A stretch of DNA of 29,258 bases. Origin: Clostridiales bacterium. GTDB taxonomy: Bacteria; Bacillota; Clostridia; Oscillospirales; JAAYOS01. The DNA lies in the NCBI GenBank assembly GCA_012521525.1, contig JAAYMG010000037.1:1-29258 (forward strand). Reading direction: 5' to 3'. The number at the start of each line of letters is the position of its first letter. The first letter of the stretch is position 1. A program made the translations under genes and the position numbers. Under the pieces are notes generated by a model. It worked only from the letters and a program-made list of their open reading frames with translations, was not told where the DNA came from and did not search any database. Below are positions 1 through 7,470 of this stretch, one piece after another.

Positions 1-593
1 GCATTGATCAGCCCGCCGTCGTATGTATGCAGGCGCAATGCCTCTGCATACTCCAATACGCTCCTGTCTTCCGTGTATGTACAATCAACCAGCAGAGGAG
101 TTTCGATTTCAAGTGTCATCACTCCGTCATCGATCATGACTGCACTTACTGCATCATTTTGAACAACGGAGACTTTTTCGTATTTTATGAATGTCACGCC
201 ATGGGCCCTTGCTTTCGAATAGGATCGCTCCAACCCGGGAAATTCGGTTCGGACCGAACGGGCGAGAACATAAACATGGCGTTTGCCCGCCGCGATCCCG
301 ACTGCGCGCTTCAATACGAGATCCCATATAAATGAAGGTGTTTCGGTCTCCCGGTCGAGAAGCATCACGGCCGGAGCCTTCGGCTCAAGGCCGGCAATTA
401 CGCGCTGTGCATAACCGTCGTCGATCAGAAAACCCGGTATGACCGAGCTGCCGACAATGATCACCGGATATCCGTCTGACGAAGCCTTTGCCTCTTTAGG
501 AGTACCGGCCAGCAAAACTTCGAAGCCCTCGTTTTCAAAAAATGACTTTATCAAGCCTGTTCTGACGCTGTTTCCGGCTAATACGATCTTCAT
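1..593 (-). CDS. Degenerate HdrA-like (heterodisulfide reductase subunit A family) protein, 5' part; runs off the left edge
   Basis: Not in the ORF track. I translated it by hand from the ATG at 593-591, which overlaps the stop of the upstream gene (ATGA). It is open for 197 codons to the window edge: MKIVLAGNSVRTGLIKSFF...VYVLARSVRTEFPGLERSYSKARAHGVTFIKY... The last segment resembles the HdrA motif 'Y.DIRT.G..E..Y..AR..GV.FIR'. Confidence 0.7.
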   Translation of the reverse strand, partial: MKIVLAGNSVRTGLIKSFFENEGFEVLLAGTPKEAKASSDGYPVIIVGSSVIPGFLIDDGYAQRVIAGLEPKAPAVMLLDRETETPSFIWDLVLKRAVGIAAGKRHVYVLARSVRTEFPGLERSYSKARAHGVTFIKYEKVSVVQNDAVSAVMIDDGVMTLEIETPLLVDCTYTEDRSVLEYAEALRLHTYDGGLIN

Positions 594-1606
594 GCAAGTA
601 TACCGTCCTGTTCAGATATCTGTGCTATCCGCAAACCCACATCCCGCGCTTCGGCAACGGTTTCCCGTATAGACTTTGGTCCTGACACACAGCCGGCCAG
701 ATAAACATGTGTTTTCTCCGGGGGCTTTACATATTCCAGGAACCCGTTTTCGTCCACCCGCAGGCCGGTCAGATCCGAGAGAGTCACATTGTCGGAATTG
801 GGATGGATCCCGCCGCACAGTATGACCTTGTCAAATGTCTCTCTTGCAAGTACTCCCGAGTCTTCATATATGATTTCGGGATCATTCCCGTTTACCGTGA
901 TCCGCGCCGGGCGGCATCTGATGAAGCGGATCCCCGGTTCGTTCATATCCTGCATAAATGCCGACAAAGCGTTAGTGGTTTGCATATCCATATAGAAAAA
1001 GGTGATCTCACATTCGGGATAGTAATGCCTGATGACCTTGGCCGAACGTGTCGAGTAACCGCAGCAAACCCGCGAGCAGTAATTTGCTTTTTCCTTTACG
1101 CTGCGTGAGCCGAAGCAAAGTACGTATGCCACTTTTTTCGGCGGTTCGGCAAACAGTTCCGAAGCGGTACGACGGTACAAAGCCCTCTCAAGGTCCATAC
1201 CCGTCAGGATCGATTCGGATCGGTCCATATCCAGGGCAGTCTTTGCATTGCTTGCATAATCTAAAAATCCGTTAGCCAGTACGATATCGCTGAAAGATTT
1301 TTCAATGAAATCGGAACCGCTCTTTATGTATGCACTAAATCCGCATGCTTCTTTGCGGAGATCGATCAATGAGGAATCCAACAGGATCGTTATGTTTTCA
1401 TCTCGCTCGACCTCATCCCAGAGGTTGCCGGCCGCACATACTCCGCATTGCGAGCATGAGCTGCCGGACTTGCATCCGAATTGCCTGACCTTTCCGCCCA
1501 AAGAAGGAGACGACTCCAGGATAACAGATGGGATATCAAACCCGGACAAAGTCCTTGCTGCCGTACAGCCCGCAAGACCGCCGCCTATGATAAGTACATT
1601 TTTCAT
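590..1606 (-). CDS. hdrA: Compact HdrA-like FAD/Fe-S oxidoreductase (~338 aa, no ferredoxin insert)
   Basis: N-terminal Rossmann motif VLIIGGGLAG, LGGK, a CSQCGVC cluster, the HdrA signature VLCFGSR...YCSRVCC, FFYMDMQ and a C-terminal YLAGCVSGPKSI. The start is placed at ATG 1606 (GGTGA upstream) rather than the TTG at 1630. Confidence 0.8.
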   Translation of the reverse strand: MKNVLIIGGGLAGCTAARTLSGFDIPSVILESSPSLGGKVRQFGCKSGSSCSQCGVCAAGNLWDEVERDENITILLDSSLIDLRKEACGFSAYIKSGSDFIEKSFSDIVLANGFLDYASNAKTALDMDRSESILTGMDLERALYRRTASELFAEPPKKVAYVLCFGSRSVKEKANYCSRVCCGYSTRSAKVIRHYYPECEITFFYMDMQTTNALSAFMQDMNEPGIRFIRCRPARITVNGNDPEIIYEDSGVLARETFDKVILCGGIHPNSDNVTLSDLTGLRVDENGFLEYVKPPEKTHVYLAGCVSGPKSIRETVAEARDVGLRIAQISEQDGILA

Positions 1607-1668
1607 TGGATCACCATGTTCCGATTTCAAATTAAGCCTCTGTTACTGTCAGTTCCGATGTTAGTTCA

Positions 1669-1697
1669 ATTATATATTGGCTGCGGATTTGTGTCAA
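1669..1697 (-). promoter_or_regulatory. sigmaA promoter for the hdrA-like unit
   Basis: Minus strand reads TTGACA-N17-TATAAT, a perfect consensus (plus-strand tgtcaa 1692-1697, attata 1669-1674). Confidence 0.8.
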
Positions 1698-1716
1698 TAA
1701 CGCTAAATTATTGACA
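1692..1716. promoter_or_regulatory. Inverted repeat, candidate operator
   Basis: TGTCAATAA-cgctaaa-TTATTGACA, perfect 9-bp arms. The left arm contains the -35 of the hdrA promoter. Confidence 0.45.
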
Positions 1717-1763
1717 AACTGAGGTTCCCTGATTGTACGAATTTGATCCCTCCGTATAAATCC

Positions 1764-1792
1764 TTGTTAAAAGGTTGCCGGTGGTTTATAAT
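1764..1792 (+). promoter_or_regulatory. Probable sigmaA promoter for DUF2284-RACo
   Basis: TTGTTA-N17-TATAAT, about 55 nt upstream of the TTG start. Confidence 0.55.
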
Positions 1793-1848
1793 TAAATCCT
1801 GAGAACAGGCAGCGAAGACCGGAATATATTTCAAAAGGGGAATGCACA

Positions 1849-2388
1849 TTGAGGGATTTGGACGAAATAGTACGCATGGCTTTGGAAGCCGGATTTTCTC
1901 TTGCCGCTCCGCTTGACCTTGCAACGATCAAACTTTATCCGGAAGTACGCGAAATGTGCGCGTCCGACAAATGCCGCGCATATGACAGGAACTGGACCTG
2001 TCCTCCCGCATGCGGAACTCTGGAAGAATGTTCCGAAAGGATAAGAAAGTACAACAGGGGGATCATAGTTCAAACACTGGGTGAACTCGAGGACGACTTT
2101 GACTTCGAAGGGATGGCGGAGTTAGCAAAAAAGCATAACGAAAAATTCTATGCGTTCCATGATGTACTGCACGGTATTTTTTCAGACGTACTGGCCCTTG
2201 GCGCCGGGGGATGCTCAAGATGCGACAGCTGTACATATCCGGATATGCCATGCAGGTTCCCGCACCTTGCACTGTCATCGATGGAAGCCTACGGGATGAT
2301 CGTTAACGAAGTATGTACTCTGAATGGTGTTCCGTACTATCATGGCCCGGGAAAGATCGCATATATAGGATGTTATCTTTTTGACTGA
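1849..2388 (+). CDS. DUF2284 family Cys-rich putative metal-binding protein
   Basis: Motifs MC..DKC..Y..NWTCPP.CG and GAGGCSRCDSCTYPDMPCRFP..ALSSMEAYG are characteristic of DUF2284 as I recall it. TTG start with an AAGGGGA RBS. Confidence 0.8.
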   Translation: MRDLDEIVRMALEAGFSLAAPLDLATIKLYPEVREMCASDKCRAYDRNWTCPPACGTLEECSERIRKYNRGIIVQTLGELEDDFDFEGMAELAKKHNEKFYAFHDVLHGIFSDVLALGAGGCSRCDSCTYPDMPCRFPHLALSSMEAYGMIVNEVCTLNGVPYYHGPGKIAYIGCYLFD

Positions 2389-2437
2389 AGACCGTTGCTC
2401 AATAACAGAGATTTGTAGGGGGAGGGACTTGATAAAG

Positions 2438-4231
2438 ATGGAACACAGGGTTTTGTTCTTACCTGATAACATAGAGGTGCGTGTAGCCGACGGAACAATG
2501 ATCATTCATGCGTTCCACAAGGCAGGTATTCCCATTGATGCTCCCTGTGGAGGGAATGGGACATGCGGCAAATGCATGGTGAATGTAATAAAGAAAAATG
2601 GTACTGCAGAACTAAAGCAGGCATGCAAAACACCGATCACCGAAGATATCACTATTGAAATATCCGGTAAGGTTGCAGAGCACAGGATACTGAATGACGG
2701 CCTCGGAGGCAGGTATAAACTGGCCCCCATGATAAGACGGGTGAATGTTTTCGCAGAAAAGGCAAAACTTGGCGACCGCCGTTCGGGATGGGAAAGGCTG
2801 GCAGAAGCTGTATCTTCGGTTACAGGCATATCTGCAGCGGAATTAACTGCACATCCTGTTGCGGTTTCTTCACTCTGTAAGATATCGGACCTCTGCGGTC
2901 AAAGACCCGATGTTTTTCTTTTCGGAAATGAAGTGCTTGCCGTATGTCCCCAGGGCAGCCCGATGTATGCGATCGCTTTTGATATCGGTACGACTACCGT
3001 CGTAGGTTATCTGCTCGATATCGAAAGCGGAAAGCAACTTGCCGTATCCAGCATGCTCAATCCCCAGTCCTCGTATGGAGCCGATGTCGTCATGAGGGCC
3101 AAATTTGCGCTTGAAAATGGTGTTGTGACTCTCGCAAATGCAGTCAGAGACGCTCTTAATGCAATAATAGCGGATACTGCAAAACAGGCAGGTATATCGA
3201 CCGGGGATATATATCTGATATCAGTCGTGGGCAACACATGCATGCATCATTTATTTCTCGGCGTGTCTCCCGAATCCCTTGTTTTTGCGCCGTATAACCC
3301 GGTTATAAGACATGGGTTGGTATTGAATGCAGCCGATTTCGGTATTCGGATCAATAGTCTTGCCAAGCTTGTAATTTTGCCGAATATAGCCGGCTTTGTC
3401 GGCGCGGATACAGTTGCGGCAATATTGTCATCTGGCATGGACAGGACAGACAAACTCACTCTTTTGATCGATATCGGAACGAACGGTGAGATAGTTTTGG
3501 GAAACCGAAACGAAATGATCGCTTGCTCGACCGCAGCCGGTCCGGCATTTGAAGGAGCGCTCATAGAATTCGGCATGCGCGGAGCTGCGGGAGCTATCGA
3601 CCATGTATCACTTACAGGTGGCAAAATCCAGTATAGCGTAATTGGCGGACAAAAACCTGTCGGCATTTGCGGTTCGGGTTTGATCGATGCTATAGCTCAG
3701 CTGGTTATGATGGGCCTGATAGACGAAACGGGAAAACTCCAGGCTTCGGATGACACGACAGAGGCATCGGTTTTATCCGGATACATACGACGTATCAATG
3801 GCAAAGATGCATTCGTGCTTGTTGAGGCAGCCGATAGCGGGACAGGATCCCAAATATACATAACACAGAAAGATATAAGGGAAGTCCAGCTGGCCAAAGG
3901 AGCTATTTTTGCCGGAATAACGCTTTTGGCAGAACAGTTGGGAATTTCGATATCCGAAATAGAACAGGTCCTGGTCGCCGGAGCATTTGGCAACTATATG
4001 TCACCCGACAGCGCATGCCGTATATCGCTCATTCCTGCAATACTGAGGGAGAAGATCATCCCCATAGGAAATGCCGCAGGTGAGGGTGCAAAACAGGTAG
4101 TTCTGAATGCCGATGAGTATCAAAGAGCAGTGACTGTTTCGAAAACCTGCGGCTACCTGGAGCTGGCCGCCCATCCGAAGTTCCAGGATATTTTCGTTGA
4201 CAGCCTGTCATTTCCCGAGCAAGGGCAATGA
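2438..4231 (+). CDS. RACo/DUF4445 ASKHA-domain ATP-dependent reductive activator of corrinoid proteins, with N-terminal [2Fe-2S] ferredoxin domain
   Basis: CGGNGTCGKC...AC ferredoxin motif, plus AFDIGTTT, NPQ..YGADV, GNTCMHHLFLG, AGFVGAD, DIGTNGE, STAAGPAFEG, GICGSG, ITQKDIREVQLAKGAI, AGAFG and GNAAGEGA. Start placed at ATG 2438 after GGGGGAGG. Confidence 0.9.
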   Translation: MEHRVLFLPDNIEVRVADGTMIIHAFHKAGIPIDAPCGGNGTCGKCMVNVIKKNGTAELKQACKTPITEDITIEISGKVAEHRILNDGLGGRYKLAPMIRRVNVFAEKAKLGDRRSGWERLAEAVSSVTGISAAELTAHPVAVSSLCKISDLCGQRPDVFLFGNEVLAVCPQGSPMYAIAFDIGTTTVVGYLLDIESGKQLAVSSMLNPQSSYGADVVMRAKFALENGVVTLANAVRDALNAIIADTAKQAGISTGDIYLISVVGNTCMHHLFLGVSPESLVFAPYNPVIRHGLVLNAADFGIRINSLAKLVILPNIAGFVGADTVAAILSSGMDRTDKLTLLIDIGTNGEIVLGNRNEMIACSTAAGPAFEGALIEFGMRGAAGAIDHVSLTGGKIQYSVIGGQKPVGICGSGLIDAIAQLVMMGLIDETGKLQASDDTTEASVLSGYIRRINGKDAFVLVEAADSGTGSQIYITQKDIREVQLAKGAIFAGITLLAEQLGISISEIEQVLVAGAFGNYMSPDSACRISLIPAILREKIIPIGNAAGEGAKQVVLNADEYQRAVTVSKTCGYLELAAHPKFQDIFVDSLSFPEQGQ

Positions 4232-4366
4232 TTTGCCGGTGGTGTCATTGGGTTTGTTGCCGGTCGCCCATGTTTGCATTCGAATATTATGTTTCGAATG
4301 AGGTACAATAAAGCATAGTCAGCGGTGATCGAAGCTAAGTTTTTCTGTGGTAAAGGAAAGGTAAAT

Positions 4367-4822
4367 ATGTGGAGAGTTGCGGTTGCAGGCAAAGTGACTG
4401 ACGGTTTCATGGAAGCCGCCAGGAAGCGGCTGTTAGAAACAGGCGTTCTTCTTGAAAGGTACGATCCTTACTTACCGGAACAAGACTACGATGCCATCCT
4501 GGTCTTTCCTGACACAGACTTGTCACTGAGCAAATATTGCTGCCGAATATTGATAATCCCGGATGAGCTGATATCCGATGGAGCTATTATAAACGACACT
4601 TCCGCTCAGTGTGTCATATCATATGGACTGTCTCCGAAGAATACCGTCACACTTTCCAGTACTAATGATGGCAAGAACGTGGTGGCACTGCAGCGGGATA
4701 TCATGTCCCTTGACGGTTCTCTGATATTGAGACAGGAGTTTACGCTTGACTGCGACCTGCAGCATTATGAAACGATGGCATTGGCGTCGCTTATCGCGAT
4801 CTCCGGCGTGCTTGAGCAATAA
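4367..4822 (+). CDS. Hypothetical protein (~151 aa), clostridial family of unknown function
   Basis: ATG 4367 preceded by AAGGAAAGG, normal codon usage. The segment VISYGLSPKNTVTLSS...ALQRDI....G....QEF resembles small clostridial hypothetical proteins as I recall them; no function assigned. Confidence 0.65.
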   Translation: MWRVAVAGKVTDGFMEAARKRLLETGVLLERYDPYLPEQDYDAILVFPDTDLSLSKYCCRILIIPDELISDGAIINDTSAQCVISYGLSPKNTVTLSSTNDGKNVVALQRDIMSLDGSLILRQEFTLDCDLQHYETMALASLIAISGVLEQ

Positions 4823-4835
4823 GCACGCTTTTTTC

Positions 4836-4864
4836 TTGCCATTTCATACGCACCGTGCTAAAGT
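4836..4864 (+). promoter_or_regulatory. sigmaA promoter directly upstream of metH
   Basis: TTGCCA-N17-TAAAGT with an extended -10 TG (TGcTAAAGT). Confidence 0.6.
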
Positions 4865-4921
4865 AGTACTTAATATTTTTCGGAACAGAATATGGAATCG
4901 TGTCGTGTTGGAGGTAAGGTC

Positions 4922-7354
4922 ATGTTAACCGAAATGATGAAAAAAGAGTTCATTATTCTCGACGGTGCGATGGGCACTTTGCTTCAGAAGCGGGTCAAAA
5001 AGACCGGCCAGCCTTTGGAGACGGTCTGCTTTTCGGACGAACGTGCCGTTGAGGATATACATCGAATGTACATCGAATGCGGCAGCGACATGATCTATAC
5101 CAATACACTTTGCGCCAATGCCATAAAACTCAAAGGGACCGGCATAAGCCCTGCGGAGCTTATAAGCAAAGCGGTCGAGATCGCAAGACGCGCCGTAAAG
5201 GGAACGGACGCCCTTGTCGCGCTCGACATAGGAGCCATTGGGGAATTGATGGAGCCCGCAGGGGAGCTGACGTTCGAACTCGCTTACCGCCTGTTTTCCG
5301 AGCAGGTGAAGGCCGGAGAAAAGGCCGGCGCAGACCTCATAGTATTTGAAACGATGTCGGACCTGCTGGAAGTCAAAGCAGGGGTGCTTGCGGCAAAGGA
5401 AAACACGTCCCTTCCCGTTTTCGTTACCATGACATTTGGTGAAAACAAGAGGACATATACCGGATGCGACGTCCGTGCCATGGCATGCACGCTTCAGGGG
5501 TTGGGAGCGGATGCCATCGGTATCAACTGTTCACTGGGTCCCAAAGAGATATATCCGATCGCCGCCGATCTTTCCCGTTATACTTCTCTGCCGATCATCA
5601 TCAAGCCAAATGCCGGGCTTCCGGACCCTATAAGCGGAATGTTTACCGTCGGCCCCGAGGAGTTTGCCGATGAAATGGTTAAGTACGCCGATCTCGGAGT
5701 GCGGTTCGTCGGTGGCTGCTGCGGTACAGGCCCTGAATATATAAAACTTCTCAGGCAGCGGTTCGGGAAGCTGAAGAGGCAGGCTTCGCATTATGTCCCC
5801 GCAACACGTGTCTGTACCCCAACGAATGTTGTTGAGCTTGATAGGGTAAGGGTCATAGGAGAGTGCATAAACCCCACAGGAAGGGCCCCTTTACAGTACG
5901 CTCTTAAAAGCAGCGACATGTCGCTTGTCGAGCAGCTGGCTGTTGACCAGGCGGAAGCCGGAGCGGATTTTCTTGATGTCAATGTCGGTGTTCCCGGGAT
6001 CGACGCATCAGCGGCCATGGCGGATGCTGTTAGAGCTGTCCAGGCAGTAACGACCCTGCCGCTCGTGATCGACTCCTCTGACCCGCACGTCCTTGAGTCC
6101 GGATTAAGGATATACAACGGAAAACCGATAGTGAACTCGGTCACGGGTGAAGCAAAAAGCATTGAGACTGTCCTGCCCCTCGTAAAAAAGTACGGGGCAG
6201 CCGTGATAGGTCTGACATTGGACGAAAACGGGATACCGCCCCTTGCTGAAGACCGTTTGCGAATAGCCCGGAAAATACTGGACGCCTGCATGCGGTACGG
6301 AATACCGAAAGAAGACTTGATCATCGACTGTCTGGTCCTTACAGTGTCGACACAGCAAAATTCTGCAACGGAAACGCTTCGCGCAGCCAAAATGGTGAAA
6401 GACAAATTGGGAGTCAAAACATGCCTTGGCATTTCAAACATATCTTTCGGCATGCCCGGGCGGGAAGTGGTCAACCGCACGTATCTTTCTCTTGCACTGA
6501 GCCATGGTGTCGACATGGTTATAATAAATCCCAGTTGCGCGTCAATGATGGACACGATATATGCATACAGGCTTCTTACCGGAAACGATAAAGACATGTT
6601 GGAATATTTGGATCACATGTCGGAAAGAAAAGATCAGGTCAATATTTTAGATAATATTACAGGTGAGGTTAACAGCGCCGATACATCATCCCGTCAGGAC
6701 AACAGTAAGATTTCGGATATTTCAGATCTGTTCATCGGCCTGGAGCGTGCCGTCATCAGAGGGCTGAAGGATGAGGCAGCAGGTTACGCATCCGAGCTTC
6801 TAAACCACGCGGAAGCAACGGAGATAATAGACAGATGCCTGGTTCCGGCTCTCGACAAAACAGGGAAGCTATATGAAAACGGTGATATATTCCTTCCGCA
6901 GCTTATGAGATCCGCCGATTCTGCAGGAGCAGCATTCGACATCATACGCGATCACCTGAAAAGAAAGGGGATCTCCTCCCGATCAAAGGGAAAGATACTG
7001 CTTGCCACTGTACAGGGTGATATACATGATATAGGCAAAAACATCGTAAAGGCACTGCTTGAAAACTACGGTTATACGGTGATCGATCTGGGAAAGGACG
7101 TTTCTCCCGATACCGTAGTTGAAGCTGCAGTCAGAGAAAATATAAAGCTGATAGGATTGAGCGCTCTGATGACGACAACGGCTGAATATATCGGCAAGAC
7201 GATCCAAAGACTGAGAGAAGTCGGACATGAATGCAAAGTCATGGCAGGCGGAGCTGTATTGACCGAAGAATATGCCAGGAAACTCGGAGCGGATTTCTAT
7301 GCGAAGGATGCGGCCGACGGGCTTCGTATCGCAGCAGAGATCTATGGCAGTTGA
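4922..7354 (+). CDS. metH: Cobalamin-dependent methionine synthase (Hcy-binding, pterin-binding, cap and B12-binding domains), lacking the C-terminal AdoMet reactivation domain
   Basis: LDGAMGT, Zn ligands GINCS and GGCCGT, pterin barrel motifs IGECINPTG / LGISNISFG, the IFLPQLM cap, and the B12 motif GDIHDIGKNIV, SALMTTT, GGA. The protein ends right after the B12 domain. Start ATG 4922 after GGAGGT. Confidence 0.92.
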   Translation: MLTEMMKKEFIILDGAMGTLLQKRVKKTGQPLETVCFSDERAVEDIHRMYIECGSDMIYTNTLCANAIKLKGTGISPAELISKAVEIARRAVKGTDALVALDIGAIGELMEPAGELTFELAYRLFSEQVKAGEKAGADLIVFETMSDLLEVKAGVLAAKENTSLPVFVTMTFGENKRTYTGCDVRAMACTLQGLGADAIGINCSLGPKEIYPIAADLSRYTSLPIIIKPNAGLPDPISGMFTVGPEEFADEMVKYADLGVRFVGGCCGTGPEYIKLLRQRFGKLKRQASHYVPATRVCTPTNVVELDRVRVIGECINPTGRAPLQYALKSSDMSLVEQLAVDQAEAGADFLDVNVGVPGIDASAAMADAVRAVQAVTTLPLVIDSSDPHVLESGLRIYNGKPIVNSVTGEAKSIETVLPLVKKYGAAVIGLTLDENGIPPLAEDRLRIARKILDACMRYGIPKEDLIIDCLVLTVSTQQNSATETLRAAKMVKDKLGVKTCLGISNISFGMPGREVVNRTYLSLALSHGVDMVIINPSCASMMDTIYAYRLLTGNDKDMLEYLDHMSERKDQVNILDNITGEVNSADTSSRQDNSKISDISDLFIGLERAVIRGLKDEAAGYASELLNHAEATEIIDRCLVPALDKTGKLYENGDIFLPQLMRSADSAGAAFDIIRDHLKRKGISSRSKGKILLATVQGDIHDIGKNIVKALLENYGYTVIDLGKDVSPDTVVEAAVRENIKLIGLSALMTTTAEYIGKTIQRLREVGHECKVMAGGAVLTEEYARKLGADFYAKDAADGLRIAAEIYGS

Positions 7355-7431
7355 TACCGGTCTGCGGGAAAGATGTTAAATATTATCGGACGGTCCTTCC
7401 GTACGACCCTGGATCAATGCTTCTCCAAGAT

Positions 7432-7450
7432 CGGACGGGAGAACCGTCCG
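7432..7450. terminator. GC-rich hairpin between convergent metH and sodC-like genes
   Basis: CGGACGG-gagaa-CCGTCCG. There is no clear U-tract, so terminator function is uncertain. Confidence 0.3.
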
Positions 7451-7470
7451 CATGTTATGGACGGACATGA

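Noticed and set aside
1793-1848. Possible cobalamin, SAM, THF or ZTP riboswitch before DUF2284-RACo
   Set aside because: The leader is about 50 nt and none of the conserved cores are visible by eye. An Infernal scan would be decisive.
4280-4296. LexA-box-like CGAA...TTCG
   Set aside because: Spacing and core do not fit CGAAC-N4-GTTCG.
5791-6597. 268-aa minus-strand ORF inside metH
   Set aside because: It is an antisense shadow of a clearly conserved gene, with Ser/Thr-rich composition and no RBS or domain motifs.
7385-7464. Three GGACGG-containing short repeats between metH and sodC-like
   Set aside because: They are irregularly spaced 8-9-mers, one forming a hairpin; this is not a CRISPR or regular array.
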